A stretch of DNA of 59,098 nt, filler included, from Bipalium vagum (Eukaryota): NCBI GenBank assembly GCA_037834085.1. It is 3 parts of 3 records of this genome, joined end to end, with 100 filler letters (N's around TTAATTAATTAA, not from the genome) between each part and the next. Parts side by side here need not be neighbours in the genome. Positions count along the whole stretch, not along the records: positions 17,710 to 42,214 come from JBBMKC010200496.1; positions 42,315 to 59,098 come from JBBMKC010094126.1; 1 more part is not named here. One strand, written 5' to 3'. Below the pieces are notes generated by a model, which did no database searches, had not been told where the DNA came from, and saw only the letters and a list, made by a program, of their open reading frames with translations. The position numbers and the translations under genes are program-made. Position 1 is the stretch's first letter. Each line of letters starts with the position of its first letter. Below are positions 39,770-53,648 of the stretch, one piece after another.

Positions 39770-40090
39770 GGAACCGAGTTTCCTTCCTTATAAATCTTTT
39801 CCATGGCTTTCAAACATCGCATGATCAACATTTAATGAATTCGCAAGTTCATTTTGATTTTGACATGGATTTCCATCAACCAATGCTTCGAGATCTTGGT
39901 CTTCAAACAGCTTCTTTTGTTCAGTTTATTCTTTATCTTTAATTATGATGTCACCATTTGTGAAGCGTGCGAACCATCTTTTGCAAGTTTCATTTAATGG
40001 TGCATTTTCGCCATAAGCATCCCTAAGTATTCTGTGCGTGTCTGCAGCTGATTTATTGATGTTAAAATGAAAAAGAATCACGAATACGGT
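39770..40090 (-). mobile_element. mariner transposase N-terminal relic
   Basis: KSAADTHRILRDAYGENAPLNETCKRWFARFTNGD..FEDQDLEALVDGNPCQNQNELANSLNVD. Confidence 0.85.
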
Positions 40091-40635
40091 GATTATTTGG
40101 TATGTATTAATAAAATGTTAAAAAATATGAAAAAATACAATCATTAAAAATATAAATCAGTATTATTAAATAATGTTTAAACTAAATAACAAAAATTAAT
40201 TCAGTAAAACAAATAAATTATTGTTATTATTATAGCCAGTTTAAAGAGGCGCATTTTCAAAACAAACATATTAGATTTTTTCATTTCTTTTAAATTTTTT
40301 AGACCTTTAGGTTTATTTTGTAAAATGTCTTTCAATTTTTCTAATTTAGTTAATGTTTTTCTTCTTCTTCAAATATATTTAGTTGTTTTTGAATGTTATA
40401 TCAGAGAATTATTTTTTCTACTTACCATTCTATTTATACTAACTTCATTTAAAAAAACATGTCAATCTTTTTATAAACAGTGTTTTCAATATTTTAAATT
40501 TATAACATCATTATTGTTTATTGGATCGGTCGTCTTTATAATTCCATTCATTTTATCAACTGAAACATTAAAAAATTTTCTGATTGATCTGATAATGTTT
40601 GAAACTTTAAAGCTGTATCATTTAATAAAATTAGA

Positions 40636-40889
40636 TAGGAAGCCACAATTTAGGGTGAAGTTGTTTAAATATATCAATTAATTATTTATTTCATTCATAA
40701 ATTTTTATCACTGAAATAAATTTCTGATTTAACCTCAGGCATTATTTTTAATAGTCTTCACTAAAACTCACTCACAAAAATTTTAAAATAACTAATAAAA
40801 AAATTTTAAAACACTAAAATAAACTTGATAGTAAAAATATAGTAAAAATGAAGCATTTAAACAACTTGGCCCTAAATTGTGGCTTCCTA
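40636..40889. mobile_element. MITE with 35-bp TIRs
   Basis: taggaagccacaatttagggtgaagttgtttaaat vs reverse complement of 40855-40889 (33/35). Confidence 0.8.
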
Positions 40890-42214
40890 CCAATATTTTT
40901 TATGTTATACAATATTTTAAAAATCCAGACTTAGTCATTTTTTAAGTAGCGGAGCATTTTAAAAAAACAGTGACCTTAATAGCGATTACTTTCATTAAAT
41001 TTCATTTATAAAGTGCAAAGGTTTTAGGTGGATATGGGGCTATTTATCTTATCTTACAAAAAGACAACATTTTTTTAAACTAGACAATAAGCTCACACTC
41101 AAATGAATAAATATCAAAATGACGTTTAGTTAATTAAAAGAAGAGATCAATCTACACTAGAAAATGTGCAGACACCCTGAAGAAAAATATCGAATCTGAC
41201 AACTAATTTATCAGACCGTAATTGTCGGAAACAAAAACAAAAAGAAGTAAATCTAATTGACAAAGACAGAAACGGGAAATGATATTCGCTTTCCCTTTAA
41301 TTATTTTAATTAATTAAAGTGAATATAATAATTCACTTACAATTTATCTTAATTGAGTTATAATAAACTCTGATAAAATTTTTCTTTATTATTGATAAAC
41401 TAAATTTTAGGATTATTAAGACGAATTTTATGATTTTTCTCTGGGAATTTACATTATTTTTCCTCTGATCATGTCGGTCTTAATGACGATTGTTATTCGT
41501 GTTTTTGAAATTCGTTTACTACTTTGACATCCTGATTCATAATTATATATTAATTCGTTATTATATGTTAAAAATTTCTTAACGTAATACTGAATTTAAC
41601 TCTAAATTATTTAATTATACTTATTCAAAATTATTATTATTAAATATTCATCTATTAAATTTATAAAACTTGTGTTATTATTATTAATTAATTTCTGATT
41701 TTTAATCCTACTAAAAAGAACCATCTGATTTGTGATATTTAAATATTTTTAATTCTCCTTAGTAGGACCGTCTCTCTCTTAGCTCCTACATACTTTACTA
41801 GTTCCATTCCCACAGGTTTAATTTTATTATTTTTTATATATATATATTTTTTCAAAAATCTTTTAGACTTCCATTTGCGCCCTAAACGATCGGCCTCCCC
41901 GATTTCAAATGGATATGATATTATATTATTTTTCATTTTATTATTTAAATTAATAAAAAAAATATTTTTTAAATTTCATAATTCCAAAAATTTATAAGTT
42001 CTCATCACAAATCCCAAAATGAAATTTTTTAATTATAAATAAAATGTTGTTTATTTAACCACGTAAAAAAATGTTATCACATAAAATGTCTCCACCAGTC
42101 TAAAATCATAATGATTTGAAACTGTATTGATACACTGTGTTGGGATCCATAGAAAAAGAGGTCCCAGCACCAACCAGCAACAATTCTAAACCAAAAGAGC
42201 AAGAGCTTATGGAG

Positions 42215-42314
42215 NNNNNNNNNNNNNNNNNNNNNNNNNNNNNNNNNNNNNNNNNNNNTTAATTAATTAANNNNNNNNNNNNNNNNNNNNNNNNNNNNNN
42301 NNNNNNNNNNNNNN
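42215..42314. other. Assembly gap with artificial TTAATTAATTAA spacer
   Basis: 100 nt, same design as 17610-17709. Confidence 0.97.
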
Positions 42315-42369
42315 TTATTTATTTTTTTTTTTCATTTTTAGATTTTCCATATATTATTCAATGACAAAC

Positions 42370-42561
42370 TTTTCTACTATGCCAACGGCTTTTTTTACCC
42401 TTCGATTTGCAAAAGCAATTCATTTTGATCCAGAAAAAAAAATAATAGAAAGTTTTTGGACTAATAATTATATTGAATGGAACAGGTAATGTATTTCCGT
42501 CTTCAAAATAACTGATCCACAATTTTGATCTTGCAAACTTCCATTCAATATCTGCTTGTTC
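42370..42561 (-). CDS. TRPC: TRPC channel exon (TRP box)
   Basis: Acceptor ttccag; [36 protein letters not shown]...; probable donor gtttgt; 192 nt, starts in phase 0. Confidence 0.93.
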
Positions 42562-44017
42562 CTGGAAAGAATAAATGAACTCATAATTTAATTAATGAAA
42601 AAGAATTTTAAAATATAAAATCATTTATGGAAAAAAATATTTTAATAAAACATATTTAATTATTGAAAAATAAAAAAAGGCGGCAGTTTCCCGCTTTTTT
42701 GATTTTTTTTGTTTGTTTTAATTAATTTATAATTTTTATTTTTCAAACGCTTAGCTTTGATATTTTGTAGTAAAACGTGCAGTTTATATCTTGATTATCA
42801 TATATTTCGTTTAAGCTTATATATTTTTACTAAAATCTCAGGTTTGAACTTACATAAAGATTTTTTTTATTTTGGATTTATTTTAGAAATTTTTAAAATA
42901 TTTTTTAAAATTTATTTAAGAAATTTTGATTGATATAAACAAACCAATTTTTATTAAATCATTTTAAAACATAAGTCAATAAAAAAGTTTTGTTTGATTA
43001 GTTTATTGTTATGAATAAAGTAAAAGAATTAATTAATTATTATTTAAAATGAAAATTAAATAATTGTTTTAATTTATAAAAAATAAAAAAAAATTAATTA
43101 ATATTAATACTATTCTATTCTTATAAAATTATGCAAAAATAAATTTATAGAATAATTAATTAATATATATATATATATATATAATTATGAAAAATTTCTG
43201 GTATATCTGAAAATAAATAATTCAAAAATTATATTTGTTATTAATTAAATTATTTATTAGAAGAAATTGATCTACATGGCTTAGAAAGAGTAATTGAGGA
43301 TTTTGAAAAAGAAGATGCAATTAATATTAAAAGTTATTTGAGTTTTGATGAGAATGCGTTTAAAAATTATAATTATAGTTCTGAGGATGCAGAAATTTAG
43401 AGTCATTTAAATGTGATATAAATAGTGAGAAAAGTGACTCTGTAAAATTGTGACATTACATTGGGCTAATTACATTGTCGTCCAGTAAAATGAATTTTAA
43501 AGACATGTTAAACGAATTAGATGTGTTATCAATTTCCTTGATAATAATCCAGATAAAATCAAGAAAGACATAAAAAATATTTTTTAATTAAAATAGAAAA
43601 TTGAAATCAATGAATCAGCTGGAAATTACATCTTTACCGAACACAAAGTTAGTTTTTTTGTTATATATATCACTCGTTGGCAGAAATTTGTTGACTCGCA
43701 TGGAAATTATTTTGATTAAAAAAGTTTATTTTCCATTGACTTATGACGTTTTTACTTTTATAGCTGTAAAATGACATTATTTTTGCACCAACCTAATATT
43801 TTACTTTAGGTACCGAGTTTTTAGCCTGATATTCGAATTTTCATTAAATTCTGTTTTGTTAGTGTTGGCATTTTTTATTAGGTGGACAGGTAAATAATGT
43901 GGACTTTCTTATATTTATTTTTTATGATAAAAGATAAAATAAATCTTATTGATTATATCTTGTATTTTTTTAAATATGCGATAATAATTTAAATGTTATC
44001 AAAGTTTTATTATATAA

Positions 44018-44560
44018 ATGTTTATAGATTTAGGCACGGCAAAATTTATTCATAGAAAAGAGCATTTGTGGGGAGTTTTGATTCACTTTTTTATTATTAT
44101 CGGAAAAACTGCTGCAGAGACCTACCACATACTTTGTGATGTATATGTGAACATGCCTCATTTAATAATAGCTGAGAGCCTTTCAAAAGCGCTTCAAAAA
44201 TGACCTCAGTTTGAGAGACAATGGAATCTCATATCTTACTTCTGCATTTGAATACCAACAATTTCAAGCTCTACTGGATGAAGAAACATGTCAAACGAAA
44301 AAAAACTTGCGATGCAACTAAATATTGCTCAATAAACAGTTTCTAATCACTTAAATACACTGGACAAGATTATAAAGAAAGAGACATAGATGCCACAAAA
44401 CCGGACGATAGACAATTAGAAAATAGAAATGTAGTCTGTGAAATGTGGCTGGAACAATACGAACACAATTCTTTTTTACATAAATTTGTGATAGAAGATG
44501 AGAAGTAGATTTATTATGAGAATACCAAACGTCATGAATTATTGGTTGATCGGGGTTAAG
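44018..44560 (+). mobile_element. mariner relic in a TRPC intron
   Basis: KTAAETYHILCDVY; ALLDEETCQT; FLHKFVIEDEK.IYYENTKR. Confidence 0.8.
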
Positions 44561-44874
44561 ATTTAAAACAGACTGCAGGGAGCGTTATTGGCGAAAATCA
44601 AATATCTATTGTACATACTTGTTAATATTTTTTTTTCATTATGTAGAATATAGTTAAAAAAAGCTTTTAATAAATTATTAGTTTTAAGAGGTATTGTTAT
44701 ATTTTAATTTTTTAAAAATCTTTTGTTATACTTTCCTTTTTATTTTACTAGTATTAATAAATAATAAAAAACGGTCACTATAATGAAAATAAGAAAATAT
44801 TAATATTCTAATAATATAAATATAAATATCATACTAAAATTTATGTGAAATAAATTTTTTTAATAAAAACTCAC

Positions 44875-44969
44875 AGCAATGAGCTGATAGGAGGTATTCA
44901 TCATGGCAATCAGCATGTTCAGTAATACTATCAGTGTTATGAATGAATATGTTCCGAACATTAATTTTC
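44875..44969 (-). CDS. TRPC: TRPC channel exon (S6)
   Basis: tttgcag | (G)[31 protein letters not shown] | gtgag; 95 nt, phase 1 to 0. Confidence 0.95.
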
Positions 44970-45690
44970 CTGCAAAAATATCATCATATAGATTTAACAA
45001 ACGAATTTTTATGTTATTTTGAATTTATATTGACTTTTTCCCAAAGTAAAGATTGGAAAAAAATCTCATTTATAAGTATAAAAATAATATTTAATAATGA
45101 TAAAACAGAACAGAAATAAGCCGAGGTTATTTCCGAAAGCATTTTTAAAACAATCAGATCTGAAAGGGAAATCGACATGGGATTTTCATATGAGGGACGG
45201 TTCTTTTCTTTTCATTTTGAAAGGTATATATGATTAAGCTTTTCTCACAGCATTTTATGAGAAGACGATCATGAAGACAATAATAACAAAAACACGGATT
45301 CTCCATTTTAAGGTTCACACATTTCCTCTATAAGTAGAATTCTAACTGAAAATATTTTAACAATGATGATCAAGATTATTTTCATTTCATTCATTCAATA
45401 TAGCGAATGCTGTTGAGACAGTATGAGAACAGGACATAAGATGAGTTTATCAATAATTATTTTATATCTTTTTCAACTGGGTCCAGTGTTTTCACTTTTA
45501 TATCAAATATCAAGAAATTAGAAACGAAATAATGGTTAAAAAGTATAAAACCAGGCTTGATGGAAAAAGAATTTAATGGATTGAATGTGGATGAAATACG
45601 AGTTTGGTTCGATATTTTGATAAGACGTAAGTATACTAGAAATAGAATATAAAAATATCACAATTATTTAGGTTTTAAGTGAAATCGTAC

Positions 45691-45791
45691 CTACAAATTC
45701 AGTAAATTGGTGAGGATATTCCAGATTTAGATTACTGAGATCAACCAGTCCATATGTACTCCAATAAAGACTTTGCACGATCTCAAATAGG
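45691..45791 (-). CDS. TRPC: TRPC channel exon (pore helix/filter)
   Basis: cttttag | (N)LFEIVQSLYWSTYGLVDLSNLNLEYPHQFTEFV(G) | gtacg; 101 nt, phase 2 to 1. Confidence 0.95.
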
Positions 45792-47941
45792 CTAAAAGAT
45801 TTTATAAATAATAATATTACTAATAGTACTTCATACTATTTTTAATACAACTACGAATTATAGGTTTATTCAGTAATATCCCACATACAAATGTATCGAA
45901 TTATATTTAATAAATAAATAAATAAAATCGTACATTCATCAAAATCTACTCTAAAATTTCTTTTTGTTTTATACATTTATGCCATTAATAATGAGTTACG
46001 TTGTATTTGTCAGTATTGAATGAACAAGATAAAATATTTGCGTTTTGTATGGTTTTCAGGATCTACGACAAAATATAAACACATGGAACTACGTTAGATA
46101 AAGAGATCTTTTGTCGCATGTTTATTTACAGTTACTATAGACTATTTCCAAATCCTTGACCATATCTTAAAGATTTTGACCATAATGTTATCATTTATTA
46201 TTGCATAGATAAAATACTCTTACAAAACATGATTATTATTTGAAAAATCGAATGTCATTTATTTTATTATTTCTTTCAATTATTACTCCAAACAAACAAC
46301 ATAAAGCTTGTGTATTTTCAAGATATAACTCCATTTTTCAAAGGCACTGCAAAGATTATGAAGGTTAGTACCACAATAGGGTCAAATTAATAATTACAAA
46401 ATAAATTATTTTCTTTTCAATTTTTATCGGAAATTCCGAAATTAGGAACTGATAAAAATATTTCCCTTCAAAATTGAGTGACGGACTTAAGATAATTTTA
46501 GAATTACCAGGACTCGAAGGAAAAACAAAATAATAAAAGTTTTACTTGGAAGCCGTTCTCATCCAAGTAGCAGTGGACTGTTGTATTGGTCGGCCTACGG
46601 TGACAATCGCATGTGAAACAAATAAAAGGGAAATTACACCGAGTTGCCGTTCGATGGTGATTGTTTATTTTTGTAAATCATAATTTTTGTCGAAGATTAC
46701 TTTTAATTTAAACAAGAGATTTACATTGGAAGATCAATTGCAAAGGTTTTTATTTCCATGTTATATATAGCCAAGGATTATAAATGGGTCCAGTCAGGCT
46801 TGATCGTCTTTGGTCGAACCATTCGAGTATAGATGATAGTCCAGGGACTCATGTCTCTCTCGGTTTCAGGTTAATTAGTTTTCTTAATATTTTTTATAAT
46901 TTTCTTCAATATTTATAAAGATTAATTAACTGCTTTTTTCTTTACATTATTTGATTATGCGAATTGTTTTCTTTATTTGATGTGAACGATAAATATATAT
47001 CATTTGATCAGCAGAAGATTCTATCGAAAGTGTTACTGATTGTTTGTGTTGATTTATGTTGTGAATTTTTATAAAAGTTACTGTGATTTCTGTGTTTTTC
47101 TGTCATAGGACAACAAGAAAATAAGTGAGAAGTCATTGAGTTTGTTAAGAGTAACGTTTTAGTGCACATTAATATCACAACAGAAGAACTGACAAGTTAT
47201 AAGAGAATATTTTTATTGTTATTTCCTGGTTTCAGTTCTGGTGTAACAAAGGATAAAAATTTCTTTGAAGTATTCAAATCTACATTTATAATGAAAAAAG
47301 TATGATCTTTATCAGTAATAGGCGGAAGAAATTTTTTTTCTAGTTAAATCGGATGAGATCTAAACAAAGAAGAACATTATTTTTAACCTTAAGGTTAAAA
47401 AAGTTATCGACGGATATCACCCAGTTTGTTCAAGTTCTTGGTTTAAATGGTCTTTATACTGAAAGTTTTTTAATGTTCTTGTTTTAAGTTAAAAAGAGTT
47501 TATGGCTCAGCCAAATATTTTATTTATCATTGAGAACTTTTAAAGCGTAATTTATAACATGAGCATATTTCTGGTCAGTTATTAACTGGTTGGAGTTTCC
47601 TCTTTGTTTCAGGTTAGTGTCATAAGTCGAAATAGTAAGTAATTATGATTAGGATAACGAGTACACCAGAATGAAGTTAAACATTTTATAAAAAATATTT
47701 ATTCAATAAATGTTCTCATAAAAAATACACATATAACTATTCTATATATCAGTAAAGGATAATTTTTTAGTTATTAAGTGTGTGGGTTGAAAATGATCCT
47801 TTTAATAATCAAATGAGGCGAACTAATTTATATATTCTAAGTATTGCCAAAAGCACTAATGATTAGATAAAAAATAAATAAAATAGATCCAAATGTAAAA
47901 GCCATTCACGTATGATATATAAATTAATATGTATTTCTTAC

Positions 47942-48324
47942 TTGGTGAAATATTTACCCCTTGTCACACAATAGTTGTATAGTTCATTTTGGCTATTGTT
48001 AGCTGTTGGTAAGAAATATCTATTTTTATCTTCAGAACATGTTTCAACCCTTTTCTTAGCGTAAAACCATAATAACTGATTAAGGCCACACGCAAAAGCC
48101 ACCAATACTAACATATATATAAGGAAGAACTTCATAATATCATTGAGCATTCTGCCCAGGGAAATTTGAAGGGGTCCCAGATTTGGATTGACCGTAAAAA
48201 TATATACCAATTTTAAAGTACTAAAAATATTGGCTGCTGCAAATAAGCATTCTGATATGAGTGTTGGATCATATGAGTCCCATTTGGGACGTCCCATGGG
48301 TAAGACATGAGGATCATTGGAAGA
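47942..48324 (-). CDS. TRPC: TRPC channel exon (S4-S5)
   Basis: ttttgtag | [62 protein letters not shown].. | gtaag; 383 nt, phase 0 to 2. Confidence 0.96.
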
Positions 48325-50762
48325 CTACAAAAATATGATTACAAAAGTCTTATTAAATTCATTTGTTAATATATCGTGAACATTTATTAAAATATAAGCT
48401 ATAACATATTTTGGTAACTGTTTATAATAAAGTCAATTCTTACCTAAATATTTGTTAAATAAATATATTTAGAACAACGTTTTTTATAAAATATCTATAC
48501 TATTAAATATGTTTTATCATATATATAATCAGAAAATAATAAAATGGCATCATAAAAACACAATTTTGATATATTATTTTAATGGTTTTAAATTAAAAAT
48601 TTTGAATTGTAAGAAAAAATGATACCGTCAGCAGAAGATATAACTTTTTTGAACTTTTCAAAGGAAGAATTTTAAATGAATTGAAATTTAGGCTCTTTTT
48701 TGTTTAAGGTTTCTATTGGTTAATCTATTTTTTGATTTAATAATTATAACTTTTTAATTGATAATATTATAGTTATGTCAATGTTCAAATTGCCTTGGCT
48801 TAAAACCGATATTTAAAATTGATAATTTGCTTTGAAAAAATATTAAATAGTTTTAAATATTAAATAGAGAAACGACAACCTTCGAAATTTTGCTGACTAA
48901 CTATTTTAAGCAAAAATGCATTTTTGTTATCAAATCTTAAATAATTATCGAAATAATTTTTAAATTATTTTTTCCAACCAAGACAATTTGATAATATTCG
49001 TATGAACATTGACGTATCTATAATATTATCAATTAAAAAGTTATAATTATTAAATCCAAAAAAACTACTAACCAATAGTAAGTGTGTTCCTCAAACAAAA
49101 AAGTACCGAATACATCAATTTTAAGAAGAACTATATGATAGTACTGGGCTAGGAAGACCAAAAAATGAAGAATAGTTGAAAATATCATGGAGTAATTGCA
49201 CAAGGTGGGTGCCTCATAATTTGAGCAACTATCAGAAAGATAACCGAGTAGAAGGTTCTCAACTAATTCATAACACAGAAAGAAAACATTTGTATTTAGG
49301 TCTGTCATGATGAAGGTAGTCATAAAAAATATGCAGAAGAATAGTCGCCATCATGCAGCAAAATTTATCAATTCTTTCTTGAGGCATAATGCAATCGGGC
49401 TTCTGAAATAACCATCTTACTCTTCTATCATGAACCTCATGAATGTCTTCATATTCCAGAATTTGATGTCAAAGAGAAGAGTGAAAATATTCAAATTGGT
49501 ACACGAAATAAAAATGTTCCTGGAATAATCTTTGAGAGAGCAGAGCACATGCAAGCTAAATCATGATTTAAACCGATTGTCAGTTGATCTGTATAGCATC
49601 ATCTTGTGAGATGATGAATAAAGTGAATATTGCTAATAAAATGTACAATTTCTCGAATAAATCTTTTTTTAGAAACAGTTTTTTGGATTTTCTTTTTTGA
49701 AATTAATTGTTAGATGAACAAGTAAATGGCTTTTAATTTATTTTGTCTATTTTTCATTCTTGAATAATTTCATACCTTCCTGAATAAATCTCAATCTTTT
49801 TTTGTTTCAAAATCAACTATTAATAGTTGTATTAGATCATGTTTTAAAGTCATCTCAACGTGACTTTTACAACTGAAGTAGAATGTTTGCTTCTTCATTA
49901 TACTTTTAGTATATCGCACCAAACAACTGGTGATAAATTTTTTTAAAAATGTATCTGTTCATCTTCTAGTGTGAAATGAGACTGACTGATTAAATATAAA
50001 AAATATAATGAAAAAATTTTTTTTTCAACATCAAAGTTAAATGTGTAACTGATTCCTGGTGGAATTTTGATATTGTTGAATTGGTTTTAACGTCTACATG
50101 ACCAACAGAGAAATGGAGAAAGGACATCCAGTAAAAGGAAAAAGACGTTTGAAGTGATTAGATGAAATTTAAGTGATTTTTAAATATTTTAAAGAATTGG
50201 ACAAGTTTTTCATTTAAATTTGTAGAAAACATTTTGCTATTGTATATATTCTTTTTGAATTAAATATTTATTCTATAGCAACATCGTTCAGTGGCTATTG
50301 GTATACTTATTTTCTATTTATATATAAATATTAGTCTTTTTAAATGAAAATTATGTTTTTAAATTTTTAAATTGAGATTTTTCAACATCATGTATAAATA
50401 TTTTTATTAAATTTATTTTTTAATTTCCTGTCTATTGTATTAAAGAATCAACTCTCTTGGGACCCATGAATGATGTTGATCAGCATAAATATCATTTAAT
50501 ATCTGTTAAAAGTTTTTAATGATCTTCATACAACCTCAAATGCAGAAATTGTTTTAATTGACTGATTTATCGTTCAAAGATGATAGAAGTGATAATTTCT
50601 TAGAAAAAATCATTTTCGAGATGTCCATAGGACGATCTACAATTCCCTAGAAAATTCTTCATATAAAATGATTGACAAAAATATTATTTTCTACATTTTT
50701 CAAATGAATTTATTGGTTTTATAATAATAAGTAAGTAATTTAAAACGTTTGATTACTATATA

Positions 50763-51096
50763 TTTGGTTGTAAAATAAGTTCGTAGTCTTTTAACATATA
50801 ATCAAGAAATATAAATCTTGAATATAAATATAGATATCTATATATTTTCTGAAATCTATTGTTTAAGCGCATCAATTACAAGTATTATCGATTTAATTTA
50901 AAAAAAATTTAGATTATTTATTAAAGGAAACTGGACCGATATATAAACCAAAAAAATGATAAATTCTGGGAGAATAGGTTGATGAAACTTCTTCTAAGAT
51001 GGCTAAGGTTGTGGAACAGAATAGTACACATTAAATAAATGTTTAACTTTTTTTTTATCTAGCTAAAAATCGCTACAAGCTTATGTTACAACCTAA
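50763..51096 (+). mobile_element. Internally deleted mariner (MITE-like) with TA TSDs
   Basis: ta-tttggttgtaaaataagttcgtag ... ctacaagcttatgttacaacctaa-ta; internal FWENRLMKL..RW resembles a mariner C-terminus. Confidence 0.75.
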
Positions 51097-52439
51097 TAAT
51101 TATGCCTTTATCTTAAAAATGTAAATAAAATTATTATTATAATATCTTTTATTTATTTTTTTTAAAAATAAAAAAATGAAAATATTTAATAATATTTCAG
51201 TTAGAAAATTAAAAATTTGGAAAAAACTATTCATGCTCATTGAACTTAAATAAACATGATAAGTGGGATCTTAATTCCACTCTTCCATTTTCGAATACAT
51301 AAATGAGCTCTTACAAAAAACGTCACAGCACTTGAGTATATAATACATAAATGGGAATTTATGTATGTGTATAAATTGCTAAGAGGAAACTGAGGATAAT
51401 ATTCATATTAAAATATAAAAATAATTATAAAATCGCATATTTTAATTAAAAAATGCCTCAATTTACATTATAAAATACAAATGGACAAGGAATATTTTTC
51501 TTTTATTGATTTTAAAATTAATTACTTTAATGTTTCCATTTCGAAATAGAACATTGTTATTGTTGTAATATTTTTTATTTTTACTATTATGTGATTATAC
51601 ATTAATATAAAATTTAATATATTTGTATGTTTAAGTGTCCTCGAATGATTCTTTCTATTCAAAAAATTTTTTACACATTTTTTAAATGTTAATAATTCTA
51701 GATTTTTGTAAATTAATTTTGATTTTTGATAATCAAATATATCTTCACATTGTCATTCAGCGTCCGATTTTACATTTATTATTTACACTTCCTCAGAAGG
51801 AATTGGTCAGCTAATTTCTAGTACAGCTAAAATGTATTCACGATTACCTTGTAAGTAGTTAAGTCAATGAGCCACCACTTGCAATATTTTCATTTTCTAA
51901 ATAATTAAACAAAGATCTTCTATCAAATAAAAATAAGTGACATATTTGTACACCCAGTACTAATAATTTTTATTTATGTATAATTCAATAATTTGACTAT
52001 TTCTCATTTGTCAGAAGGTCAATATTTAATTTACACATTAATTAAAAATAATTTGTTTGTTTAATAAAAATATAACACTAACTAGAAAAAAATAGAAATG
52101 ACGTGTTAGACCTTGTAATATAGTCCATCTTGATTTTATTGATTTAAAATGAAAAACTTTATTTATTTTAATGAAATTAAAAAATATCCAAGTTCATTTA
52201 AAATATTGAAAATTTATTTTTATTATGAAAAATATAATATAAAGAATTAATTTTTTATAAAAATATTCATACGATTATTTTACAAAGTTTAACATTTAAT
52301 CAAATTTGATTTATACATACAAAAGTATCGAATTATCATTTGATATCCAGAAAGTGCATCATTTCGACCCTTAACTTAACTAGATCTTCTATTTCTAATG
52401 TTATCAAAAATTCGAAAAAACAAATGATTTGACAAAACA

Positions 52440-53230
52440 CAAAAGGTCGGAAAACATATGAGTAAGTGGATAATGAAGAAAGCTCGTACATTCATGAAGT
52501 TTTACATAATGACTGTACAAAAAATTTACCTATAAAAGAGGTTTACTAAGTTTCAAGTGAATATATGTGAGGCTACTGTACATAAAAGTCTGCGTATTAA
52601 CTTGAAAATGTTAAAATTAGTACCGGTGAAAAGAAATGATACCAGAACAATTGAGCTAAGAAAAGAATATAAACTTTCCTTTAAAAAATTTTGATGATTT
52701 TTCTGATTCCAACATCTATTTTATAGATGAAGTTGGATTTAATATTTCGATGAAGTCTAATAAAGGGCAAAGGTTGGATTAACACCCATAACAATAGTAA
52801 AGAAAATAAAATCCAAAAATATGTAAGTGTATGATGCACGATGTCTAGAACCGGAATTGCATATCATGAAATTAATCAAAAGCCTTACAATTCTAGCACG
52901 TTTACGGGATACATTAACAATCTCTTTGAAAAAAATTGGAGACCTAACAACAAATTCTTGTGCGGTTATGATGGACAATATTTCTTTTCATAAATCTAAT
53001 ATTATTAAAGCTAGTTTTGATAAAAAGGACATGTCATACAATATCTTCTACCATACTCTCCAATGTTAAATCCAATAGAAAATAATTTTTTAAATGGAAA
53101 AATTTTTTTATGAAAAGAAGTAGTTGTGGTTCAGAAGAGGATTCGTTAAATGCAATGCAAGAAAGATTATCTTCTATTATCAGGAATGATTGTGAAGGTA
53201 AATTTGAAAATATGTAATGCAATTTTATAG
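52440..53230 (+). mobile_element. IS630/Tc1-like transposase relic
   Basis: IYFIDEVGFN; VMMDNISFHKS; LPYSPMLNPIENNFFKWK. Confidence 0.85.
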
Positions 53231-53508
53231 GTTGGCATAGAAATATGAAATTTTATGTGCGAATGACCAGAAATGGTGAACAAATTTTGTAATTAGAAAT
53301 AAAACTTTTCGATATATCTTTTAGCATTGCTTTCTCTTTTCATTTTAATAATGGAATAAAAAAGAGTTTATAAATATGCAAATAATAATATATAACCAAT
53401 TACTGTATAAAAAAACCACATTGAATTAAAAATCATGTATGAATATTTTTTATTATTTATTTATTATTATTATAAAAAATTAGAAATATAAAATAAATAC
53501 AAAAATAC

Positions 53509-53648
53509 TTTATAATAAGCGACTGCTCGCAAACTTATTGTGGCAACATAAAGAGAGTTTGTGGCAAAGTCCAATAGATTCCACATGTCCATTATATAGC
53601 CTTTCACTCCATTCTCCCACAACTCTTTAACTTCTTGCCAAATGAATC
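53509..53648 (-). CDS. TRPC: TRPC channel exon (S2-S3)
   Basis: gttaag | (G)[46 protein letters not shown] | gtattt; 140 nt, ends in phase 0 matching the next exon. Absent from the ORF track. Confidence 0.95.
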
